From NCBI GenBank assembly GCA_964106645.2, contig OZ067042.1: DNA of 64,000 nt. One strand, written 5' to 3'. Positions 1-9,700 of the stretch are shown piece after piece. The position numbers and the translations under genes were made by a program. A model generated the notes under the pieces. The model did not search any database. It was not told where the DNA came from and was given only the letters and a program-made list of their open reading frames with translations. The stretch's first letter is position 1; the number at the start of each line of letters is the position of its first letter. This DNA is from Podarcis pityusensis. Lineage: Eukaryota.

Positions 1-237
1 GGCTCCGGTTACAAGAGAAGGGGGGGGGGGAACCTCTTGAGAATTTAGTGAAGCTTTTACTATGGCAGGTGGAACATGCATGCGGAATGAGATTCTCAGT
101 TTTTTTTTACAATGGGGATGAGAAAAAGTTTCGCACAACCTTCCGGTTTAAAGGGCCCCTTAATATGTAAAGGACAGCAATGAGGAGTTCAGCTTTAAAA
201 AAAAAAAAAGCCTGGAGAAATTATTAACCACAATTTA

Positions 238-245
238 TGACGTCA
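238..245. promoter_or_regulatory. Perfect CRE palindrome (TGACGTCA) about 210 bp upstream of the PRR5 ATG
   Basis: TGACGTCA read directly; function inferred from the motif only. Confidence 0.4.
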
Positions 246-451
246 GAGTTGATCTGATTAAAGGTTTGTTTTCTTGCTGGCAGAGGTGTGTTCTGTAGAG
301 ACTGGTTCTCTCTTCTTTGTTTTTTGTTTTGTTTTTTTAAGTTTCATTTTTGAACAGCAAACGGAGAAGCTGCTGCTCCAGCTGCGTGTGTGTGTGTTGT
401 AAAAAGGATGGTGTTTCTCTAGCTGCCACGCACAAAACAACACATTTGACC

Positions 452-582
452 ATGAGGACTCTTCGCAGGTTGAAGTTCATGAGTTCGCCCAGCCTCAGTG
501 ATCTGGGCAAGAGAGAGCCGGCATCCTTGGATGAGCGGGGGACCCAGCAGCGACGGGCCTGCTCCAACGCCACCTGGAACAG
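452..582 (+). CDS. PRR5: PRR5 (Protor-1) coding exon 1
   Basis: ACCATG start; MRTLRRLKFMSSPSLSDLGKREPASLDERGTQQRRACSNATWN matches the remembered PRR5 N-terminus; donor AG|GTACGG, phase 2. Confidence 0.96.
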
Positions 583-2058
583 GTACGGTCTTGCATATCC
601 CCACGCACACAGGCAGGCACCAGGAATTTATTCCACAATAGCCAACGCAGCCAACACTGCAAACAATCACTTCTGGCTCAGATTTTAAAGAGCATGTGCT
701 GTGCACACACGCAGCAACAAGGCACAACACAGTTTGAAGTCTGATTTTCATATGAGAGGAAACTTCCAGGTTTTTCATGCTTCTAGCCCTTCTCTTAGTG
801 CTGACATACACTGTTTTCTCTCATTTCATTCTCACTGGCAATGACTGTTAAGATCTAGGGAACCCTTTTTCTTTTGCTGGCTATTATGTCTCCTGGTTGC
901 TTTGCTTGTTGAGAAAGTAGGTGTAGTTTCTCCTTTCCCAGGGGAGGGTGGTTTGTTTATGGAACAGGCAAAACTGCATGTGTTTTGGTGATGGGAGGGG
1001 GGGAGAGAAACACTTGAAGTGGGTTGTTAAATATATTTGTAGCTAGAAATAAATCACGGGGAGAGAGATTTACTGAAGGAATCTCTGCCATTTTTAAAAA
1101 AATACAAATAAAAAATGCCAGAGTTCCCTATGTTATCACTAAGGTTTAACCGTTATTGATGTTGGCATTTGAAGAAGAAAAAAGGGAGAAGCAGACCAAG
1201 TTACGACTATAATCTCAATCCGGGCCTTACTAAATGTTATATGCACGTGTGTGAAATGAAACCTCAAAAGACTTTTTAAAATATTTTTGACTGGAAACAC
1301 TGTGGTGGGGGTGGCATTCAGTTGAAAGCAGAGAAGTGGTGGTCTGGGAAAGGAAGGAGGAGCTCTAAATTGTTTCTCTCCACCCCCCCCCCCACCCTGA
1401 AAAGACCTTCTCTTTTTGAGCCACTCTCCTGGGCACTGAATGCAGGGGCGAAGGGCCTCCAATGGTTGGTGGGGCAGGCTTGTGTGGAATAATGCAGTCC
1501 CTTGGGAACCCAAATCCCAGGATGTTTAGGATTTTGAAAGCCAAAAACAGCACCTTTAATTGAGCCTGGAGGAGGAGGAGGAGGAGGAGCATGAATTTAC
1601 TCATCCTCTTTACGCAAGTCTCTCAAGGCCATGCGCAATAAAAATCAGCAGATTTTTTTTTAAAAAAAATAGACAGCGATGGCAGAGACCCATTCATCCA
1701 GGTGGCAAACCACACCATGAAAAAAAATGTATTAAACCGTTTCTAGAAAGTGCAAGTAGTGGTCACTTGTCAAATCTCGACAGGAATGCTGTTCCACAGA
1801 ACAGGTAGCCATGCCGAAAGCCCTGCTTTGAGTTGCCATGGAGTGGGCTTCTGATCTTTTGGAACTTGTAGGAGCAGCTCTTCTGCAGACTGCAGTGACC
1901 TGCTGGATAAATAATGGATAACACAATCTCTAAATTAACTTGATCCTGAGCTGTACTGGGCCTTATATGTTAGTACCAGCACCTTTATTCTGGTAGTCTG
2001 GTAGCAGAGAAGACAATTAGTGGCTGCTCACTCCGATGGCTCTACTCTGCTTCCATGG

Positions 2059-2741
2059 TGTGCTGGTCCCGGGGGTAAGGTACCTTGGGTGTAGCAGAGT
2101 CCACACGAAGAGGGGCAAGGTCCGAGGCAGAGAGCCGGGCGGGGAACAGGAACGCTGGAACAGGAGGCTGTGCAGGGAACAGGAACACCGGATGGTCGGG
2201 AACAGGAGGCCGAGCAGGGAACAGGAGTACCGGATAGTCAGGAACAGGAAGCCGAGCAGGGAACAGGAGTACCGGATAGTCAGGAACAGGAGGCCGAGCA
2301 GGGATCAGGAACACAGGAAGGTCCGAAGCCAACAACGACGTTGCTCCCGCAACCTGGGGCCGGGCTGACTGGGCTTTTATCCTCTTCTAGGGCCAGGGGC
2401 GGTCCCGGTCCCCAGGAGCCCCGCCTCCTCTGGCCTTAAGGCGAGCACTCCTCCTGGGGGCAACCAGTTCCCTTCGCCTCTCTGCCCTAAGCCTCTGCAG
2501 ATCAGGAGAGGCCGAAGGGTTACTGGGCCCTGGAGGAGGCTCACCTGTGGCCACTGAGTCGTCAAGCCCCTCTGGGGCCAGAAGGGCTTCACCTGGGGCC
2601 AGCTCCTGATGCACTGCCACAGGTGCAGGCTCTTCAGCATCTAGGCCTTGCCCCAGTTCAGCCGGCCCTGGAGGCGGGGACTCCTGTGCAGGCTGGGATT
2701 CCTCTGTTTCATCCTCCGAATCGGAATCCCAGGCCATCACA
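2059..2741 (-). repeat. 3' LTR (683 bp)
   Basis: Direct repeat of 7131-7813; no difference seen by eye and the ORF-track translations across both copies are identical. Confidence 0.97.
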
Positions 2742-4451
2742 CCATCCCCCCTCCCAGGCCCCCCCCTCAACCGAGGGTCCGGACCCGGCTTGCCGGGGTA
2801 CGTCGCGTGGAACTCTCGGAGGCAGGCAGGTGCGTGGACATTGGCCGCTGGTTCCCAGGAACGGTCCTCCGGTCCGTACCCCTTCCAGTCAATGAGATAC
2901 TGCAGCTTTCCCCTGCGGTATCGGGAGTCCAGGATGCGTTCCACCTCGTACTCAGGCTCTCCCCGAACCAACACTGGCTGCGGTCGGGGACGGTTCGGGT
3001 GGAACTCGTCGGGTGGGGCCACCGGACTCAAAAGGGACCTGTGGAAGACCGGGTGAACCTTCAGGGTTGCGGGTAACCGGAGACGGAATGCCACAGGAGA
3101 GATTTGGTCTACGATAGGGAACGGGCCGGTGAAGCGGGCGTCCAACTTCCGCGAAGGTCGAGAGGGGTGGAGGTGGCGAGTGGAGAGCCAAACCAGGTCA
3201 CCGACGCGAAGTTCCGGCCCCACCTGGCGGTGGCGGTCGGCCTGGGCTTTGTACGCTTCCTTGGCCTGGTGCAGTTGCTCCACCAAAAGCTGTTGCTGGG
3301 ACTGGAGCTCTTGAAGCCACTCCGTCACCGCCGGGACCGCGGATGCCGGCAGCACCTCTGGAAACAGCCGTGGATGATAACCATAACTGGCCTGGAACGG
3401 GGTCTGCTGGGTGGACGCATTCACCGCGTTGTTATAGGCGAACTCCGCCAATGCCAGGTGGTCGACCCAGTCATCCTGCTGGTAGCTGCAGTAACACCGG
3501 AGGTACTGCTCCAGCACCGCGTTCGCCCGTTCCGTCTGGCCATCGGTCTGTGGGTGGTAGGCTGACGAGAGGCAGACCTCTGTCCCGAGGGTCTGGTGTA
3601 ATGCTCGCCAGAACCGGGATGTGAACTGAACGCCCCGGTCGGACACCACGCGCTCAGGTAGTCCATGCAGGCGGAAGACATGCTGAAGGTACAGCTGAGC
3701 AGTTTCCTTGGCTGTGGGTACAGATGGACAGGGAGCGCAGTGCACCATCTTGGTGAAATGGTCGGAGAAAACCAGAAGGCAGGTACAGCCACGAGACGAG
3801 GGTAAGTCCACTACAAAGTCCAACGAAACTGTGTGCCAAGGGCGCGGTGGAACTGGCAATGGCTGAAGTAGGCCGGGGGGTCGCCCGGTAGGTCCCTTGG
3901 CGCGCCGGCAGACATCACAACCAGCAACGTAGCGAGCCACGTCAGCCTTCAGGCGGGGCCACCAAAACTCACGACTGACCAGATGGGTGGTCCGATACCG
4001 TCCAAAGTGCCCTGCTGCTGGGGCATCATGGGCCATCCGGAGAACCTCCAGCCGCAGTGGCCCTGGCGGGATGTACAGACGACCGTGGTGCAGCAGGAGG
4101 CCCTGATGCAGGACCAGCCCCGGATACTGTGGGCTGGACCCTTCAGCCAGCTCCCGGAGTCGTTCCTGGGCCCAAGCGTCGACCCGCTGCTGTTCCCGCA
4201 CCCGAACCTGCAGTGGCTGCGCCTCCTGGGTGGCCAGGAATGCAGCCGGAGGTAGGATCGTGGTGGGTTCTGCTTGCTGTACCGTGTCTGTGTTGTCTTC
4301 AGGTTTCCGGGACAGGGCATCCGCCTTCTGATTCTGAGAGCTAGGGATGTAGCGGATCCGGAACTGGAACCGGGAAAAGAACAACGCCCACCGGATCTGT
4401 CTTTGGTTCAGCTTGCGGGTGGTCTGGAGGTACTCCAGGTTCCGGTGGTCA
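2387..4451 (-). CDS. pol: Pol part 2 (RNase H end, integrase HHCC/DDE/GPF, chromodomain, LTR-encoded tail), separated from part 1 by an 8-bp duplication frameshift
   Basis: HDAPAAGH..CDVC, SLDFV, VSDRG, GQTERAN, GPF, EYEVERILDSR..YLIDWKGY..SWEP; stop codon inside the 3' LTR. Confidence 0.92.
2742..2755 (-). other. Polypurine tract
   Basis: GGGAGGGGGGATGG on the minus strand abutting the 3' LTR. Confidence 0.9.
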
Positions 4452-6192
4452 GGTGGTCAGTTCTCACCTCCACCGGATGTCGTGCCCCCTCAAGATGGTG
4501 GCGCCAGACCTCAAAGGCTACCTTGATGGCCAGTAGTTCCCGCTCCCACACAGTATAGTTACGCTCCGCTGGTAGGAGCTGGCGAGAATAGAAGGCACAG
4601 GGTAAGAGTGGCGCTTCAGGACCAATCTGTTGAGACAAGACGGCACCGAGAGCCGTACTGGAAGCGTCGGTCTCCACCACAAAGGGTCGAGAGGGGTCAG
4701 GATGTTGTAAGATTGGTGCCCTCTGGAAACAGGCCTTCAACCCCTGAAACGCCTCCTCTGCCTCCTTGTCCCAGGAAAACGGCGTCTTTGGGCGCAGTAG
4801 CCGGGTCAACGGGGTGGTGCGATGAGCATAATCAGCGATGAAGGTCCGGTAGTAATTGGCGAACCCCAGGAAACGCTGCAGGTCCTTGCGGTTCCGGGGT
4901 GCCGCCCATTCTTGAACCGCTGTCACCTTCCCCGGGTCCATTTGCACCCCATCTGGAGAGAGCCGGTGACCAAGGAAGTCCACAGTCCGCTGATGGAACT
5001 CGCACTTGCTGAGCTTTGCGTACAAACGGTGCTCACGCAAGCGCTGCAGCACGGTCCGGACATGTCCCTCATGGCAAGCCGGGTCACGGGAGTAAATCAG
5101 TATGTCATCCAAATACACCACCACGTACTTGTCTAACAAGTCCTGAAACACGTGGTTGATGTAGCGTTGGAACACAGCAGGCGCGTTGCACAAACCGAAA
5201 GGCATAACCAAATATTCGAACTGCCCGTACCGGGTCCCAAACGCTGTCTTCCACTCATCCCCGGCTCGGATCCGAATCAAGTTGTAGGCCCCCCGGAGGT
5301 CCAGCTTGGTGAACACCTGTGCCCCTTGCACCCGCTCCAGCAGCTCCGAGATAAGGGGCAAGGGGTATCGGTCTGGGACGGTAATTTTGTTCAGGGCCCG
5401 GTAATCATGGCAAGGGCGGAGTTCCCCACATTTCTTCTTAACGAAAAGCACTGGTGCCGCGGTAGGCGAGGTGGAAGGCCTAATGAACCCACGCTCCAGG
5501 TTCTTGCGCAAGAAGTCCTGCAAAGCCTCGCGCTCTGGCTCTGTTAGGGAATATAAGCGACTCACTGGTAAAGGCGCTCCGGGTTGGAGGTCTATGCCGC
5601 AGTCAAAAGGCCGATGCGGCGGCAGCTGGTCTGCCCCCCGTTCCTCGAACACGTCCTGGTAGTCCTGGTACACGGCTGGGAGCGTGGGTGCTGCCTCCTC
5701 TGAGGGCGCGGCCGCCAGCGTTCCAGATTGAGCATGGGAACATGGGTCTGGGAAGTGCACGGTCCGTTTGACCCAGTCAATCTGAACGTTGTGGGCTTCC
5801 AGCCAGTCCATCCCGAGCACCAGGGGGAAGCGGGGCATAGAGGCAATGTCCAAAGTTCGCAACTCCCGGTGCTGCTGGAGACACAGGACCAGGGGCTGGG
5901 TCTCCTGAGTAACGGCACCTGAACGCAGAAGTCGTCCGTCAATCGCTTCCACCTGGACCGGTACTGGCTTGTTCCGAAGTGGCACCTGATGATGGGCGGC
6001 AAAAGCAGCGTCCATATAGGAGCGGGTTGCCCCTGAATCTACCAAAGCATGGGTGAGGATCCAGGGCCCACCTGGAGGGTATAAACGTACCGAAACCATA
6101 AGATGTTGCAAGTCCATTGGTGCGGGCCCATTCTGTACGGTTTGGGACCCCCGGTAGCTAGGGCCATCAGCTACTGGGGTTGGCGGTTTCCC
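4452..6192 (-). CDS. pol: Pol part 1 (protease, reverse transcriptase, RNase H N-terminal part), reached by -1 frameshift from gag
   Basis: ALVDSGAT, LDLRGAY, MPFGLCNAP, YLDD, ETDASS; the -1 frame is open from GGGAAAC (6192-6186) into ORF 6117..4408. Confidence 0.92.
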
Positions 6193-7067
6193 TGCAGCTG
6201 GCGTTTCTCAGGGCAGGACAGAGCGAAGTGTCCACTTCCGCCACAGTAAAGACAGAGATTTCCCTCCCGACGCCGCGCCTTCTCTGCGGGGGAAAGGCGT
6301 GGCCGCACTGCCCCGAGCTGCATAGGCTCCTCCGTTAAATCAGTTGTGACCGTGGGGCTGCCGGAAAAAGCTGGTGCCGTGAACTGGAAGTGTCGGCGAC
6401 CCCGGGCCTGACGACGATCCTCCAACCGGTCGTCTATTTGTAGACTCCGTTGAATGAGAGTGTCCAGCGTGGTGGGGCGTTCCATTGTGGCCAACTGGTC
6501 CAGTACCTCGTCCGAAAGCCCTTCGAGATACTGGTCCCGCAGTGCCGAGTCATTCCAGGTCAAGTCCTGTGCCAACAGCCGAAACTCCGTGGTATATGTG
6601 GCCACCGTGGACTTGCCCTGTTTCAAACGCCGAATCGCCCGGTTGGCTTGACTCTCTTTCTGGGGGTTGCCGAACGCGGCCTCCAAACGATTGCAAAACC
6701 CCGTATAGTCTGCCAGCAAGGGGGAGTCTTGCCTGAGTAGCGGCAACGCCCACTTGGCCGCCTGGTCCTTTAACAAACTAATCAAAAAGTGCACCTTGGT
6801 GCGGTCGTCAGGAAAGTTCCGGGCTCGCCCCTGAATATACAGCTTGGCCTGGGCCAGGAACATGGGAAAGCTGGCCGGGGCTCCATCAAATTTCTCAGGC
6901 AAAGCCACTGGGTACTTGCCAGGAGCCGGGGCGTCGGCCCCAGGAGCCGGTAGGGCTTCCAAGCGTTGCTGAAGTGCCACAACCGCGTCGCTGAGCTGCT
7001 GCACGGTGTGAGTCAAGGCCTGGTTCTCCTGGGCCAAAGCCACCAGTGCAGCCGCCTGTTCAGCCAT
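6171..7067 (-). CDS. gag: Gag (298 aa): coiled coil, retrotransposon capsid domain, CCHC zinc knuckle
   Basis: LPEKFDG, LKQGKSTVATYTTEF (MHR-like), EEPMQLG, CLYCGGSGHFALSC; PEG10/RTL-like architecture. Confidence 0.95.
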   Translation of the reverse strand: MAEQAAALVALAQENQALTHTVQQLSDAVVALQQRLEALPAPGADAPAPGKYPVALPEKFDGAPASFPMFLAQAKLYIQGRARNFPDDRTKVHFLISLLKDQAAKWALPLLRQDSPLLADYTGFCNRLEAAFGNPQKESQANRAIRRLKQGKSTVATYTTEFRLLAQDLTWNDSALRDQYLEGLSDEVLDQLATMERPTTLDTLIQRSLQIDDRLEDRRQARGRRHFQFTAPAFSGSPTVTTDLTEEPMQLGAVRPRLSPAEKARRREGNLCLYCGGSGHFALSCPEKRQLQGNRQPQ

Positions 7068-7118
7068 GGCCTCTGGCTCTTCCCGAACGCACCCCTACGA
7101 AGGGGAAGTGCGGGTGTG

Positions 7119-7128
7119 GCGGGAGCAA
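7119..7128 (-). other. Self-priming primer-binding site (non-tRNA PBS)
   Basis: TTGCTCCCGC 2 nt after the 5' LTR; no TGG tRNA complement; perfectly complementary to LTR positions 7422-7413. Confidence 0.8.
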
Positions 7129-7130
7129 AC

Positions 7131-7813
7131 TGTGCTGGTCCCGGGGGTAAGGTACCTTGGGTGTAGCAGAGTCCACACGAAGAGGGGCAAGGTCCGAGGC
7201 AGAGAGCCGGGCGGGGAACAGGAACGCTGGAACAGGAGGCTGTGCAGGGAACAGGAACACCGGATGGTCGGGAACAGGAGGCCGAGCAGGGAACAGGAGT
7301 ACCGGATAGTCAGGAACAGGAAGCCGAGCAGGGAACAGGAGTACCGGATAGTCAGGAACAGGAGGCCGAGCAGGGATCAGGAACACAGGAAGGTCCGAAG
7401 CCAACAACGACGTTGCTCCCGCAACCTGGGGCCGGGCTGACTGGGCTTTTATCCTCTTCTAGGGCCAGGGGCGGTCCCGGTCCCCAGGAGCCCCGCCTCC
7501 TCTGGCCTTAAGGCGAGCACTCCTCCTGGGGGCAACCAGTTCCCTTCGCCTCTCTGCCCTAAGCCTCTGCAGATCAGGAGAGGCCGAAGGGTTACTGGGC
7601 CCTGGAGGAGGCTCACCTGTGGCCACTGAGTCGTCAAGCCCCTCTGGGGCCAGAAGGGCTTCACCTGGGGCCAGCTCCTGATGCACTGCCACAGGTGCAG
7701 GCTCTTCAGCATCTAGGCCTTGCCCCAGTTCAGCCGGCCCTGGAGGCGGGGACTCCTGTGCAGGCTGGGATTCCTCTGTTTCATCCTCCGAATCGGAATC
7801 CCAGGCCATCACA
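7131..7813 (-). repeat. 5' LTR (683 bp) with a TATA-like GATAAAAG at 7453-7446
   Basis: Direct repeat of 2059-2741, immediately upstream of the PBS and gag. Confidence 0.97.
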
Positions 7814-7899
7814 CATGGTCAGAAACTATACGCTTCTGAATACCAGCAGCTGGAAACCTTAGGAGGGGAGAGGGCTGTTGCGTTCAGGTCCTGCTTGGC

Positions 7900-9700
7900 T
7901 AGACAGGCCACATGCTCTTATTCTTAAGTTGCCAACCAGTGGAACTCCCAGAAGCAAGATGTTACATGCAGGTTCCCACAAGCAACCTGGCCACTGCATT
8001 CTGCACCATCTAGTCTCTTCACCAACCTGAAGGGCAGCCCCACATAGAGCACATGGCAGTGGTCCAACTTGGCACTACCAATGCATGGACAACGGTGGCC
8101 AAGCTGTCCCAATCCAGGAACAGTTGGTAAAAGGCACTCCTAGCCATCACAGACACCTGTGCATCCAGGGATGGGTGGATCCAGGAGTGCCCTCAGATTA
8201 CACACCTGCTCCTTCAGGGAGAGTGTGACCCCATCCAAGGCAAGCGACTTACCAAATTTTCAGAGCCAGGAAACATCTGCAAAGCCTCCATCTTGCCAGG
8301 ATTCACACACATTTTTTTTCATGCCCACTGCTGCATCCAGTCATCTCAGCTATCCCCAATTCAGATGTTACAGAGAAACAGTGTTGGGTATCATTGGTGT
8401 ACTGATGCCACCTTGTGCAAGATCTCTTAGTGACCACTCCTAGCAGCTTCATGTGGTGTTCAGGAGCATTGGAGACGGCGTAGCACCTTGTAGTATCCCA
8501 TAGCTCAAGACCCAGGGGACTGAGAAGCACTCAGCCAGTGCCATAACCATCCCTGGAGATAAGATAGGAAGCTCTGTATAACAGTGCCACCCAAATCCCA
8601 TCTTCCATAAACAACCTAGAAGGATATCATAATCGATTGTATCAAAAGCCAATGACAGATTTATTTAGAGTCACAGGGTCACATCTACACTATCCCTTCA
8701 CTCCCCTTTAAGCCTGCAGCTGTGTCACCATGACCTTTTCAAGTACCTTGCCCAAAGGGGGGGGGGGGATTTGTGACAGGGCAGTACTGGTAGTTGTTAA
8801 TACACCTAGTCTTTAAGAGGGGGTGGTCCCCATAAGGAATAGGCTGAATACTACTTTCCTAGATTGATAATATTAGCAGCAAATCTGTTTTGGGATTGAA
8901 CTTCAGTTTCTTAGCTCTCATCTAGCCTGTTACTAACTCTAGGCATCTGCACAGAGTATCCATGATTACATCTGGACCACGTGTAAGAGAGAGAGAGAGA
9001 GAGAGAGATGGGTGTTATCTCCATAATGAAATCTACCTCCAGCTCCTCTGATTACTTCTTTCAGTGGTTTCATATAATTGATAGGTAGCCTGGGGGGCAG
9101 TGCAGAAGTCTGTGGAGCACTGTAGCATAGCTGCCCCGGTGCCAAACTGCAGCCACCCAGCCCAACATTCTGCAAATGATCATCAGGTAGGAATAAGTGT
9201 AAAGCAGTGTACCCAAACCAGACATGCATTTCTGAAAAATATTGTGGCTGATTATATGCTGATGTGAGGTGTCAGGGAATGGACACGTGCCTTCTGTCAC
9301 TCTCCTATTACAGTTTGACCAGTGGCTGACCAAAGCCACTTCAGTTCCCAATCTGCCTAGAAGAAGGCAGATAAAAATGGCTCCAGAAAATGAGCGTCAT
9401 TCAGGATACCTGGAGCCTCACATCTACACACTTTGAACCAAGAAAAGGAGATTTGCAACTCAGTGATAGCTGGTGAAATCACCAGGGACCAGGAAGAATC
9501 TGCCCACTTGTTTCTAGCCACTGTTAATACTTTTTTAAGAGTTTGCCACCATCTAAGTCCTAATCATCAACCCAACCATTTCATTGTCTTAGCAGATCTG
9601 AGAATAAGAAGTGATTGTGTTGGTTGTCTGGGTCATCTCTGGTTTCTGGAGGTCAACCAGGGCATCAGTTTGTGCACCAACCCAATCAACTAGACACCCT
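7900..9700 (-). mobile_element. Old degenerate L2/CR1-group LINE reverse-transcriptase fragments
   Basis: Decayed RT motifs AFDTIDYDILL, YTNDTQHC and YGDNTHLS (YADDTQLY-like), KLDHCHVLYVGLP; boundaries approximate. Confidence 0.65.

Larger units (their letters stand above)
2059..7813 (-). mobile_element. Full-length Ty3/gypsy chromovirus LTR retrotransposon (sushi/PEG10-like), antisense in PRR5 intron 1
   Basis: TG...CA LTRs at 2059-2741 and 7131-7813; 5-bp TSD CATGG at 2054-2058 and 7814-7818; gag, PR, RT, RH, IN and chromodomain in gypsy order; PPT present. Confidence 0.98.

Noticed and set aside
350-688. 112-aa ORF as a stand-alone gene
   Set aside because: It is PRR5 exon 1 read through the donor at 582 into the intron; the start is TTG
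2142-2320. Repeat array resembling CRISPR or a repeat protein
   Set aside because: Eukaryotic LTR tandem repeat with no unique spacers and no cas genes
4408-4460. Second programmed frameshift within pol
   Set aside because: No slippery site; fully explained by an 8-bp duplication in a conserved RNase H motif
2623-6740. Plus-strand ORFs antisense to gag/pol
   Set aside because: Expected shadow ORFs of GC-rich coding sequence; no independent evidence
7459-7812. 117-aa ORF in the 5' LTR as a separate or env-like gene
   Set aside because: It is the U3 copy of the Pol tail and lies upstream of the predicted TSS; no signal peptide or transmembrane segment
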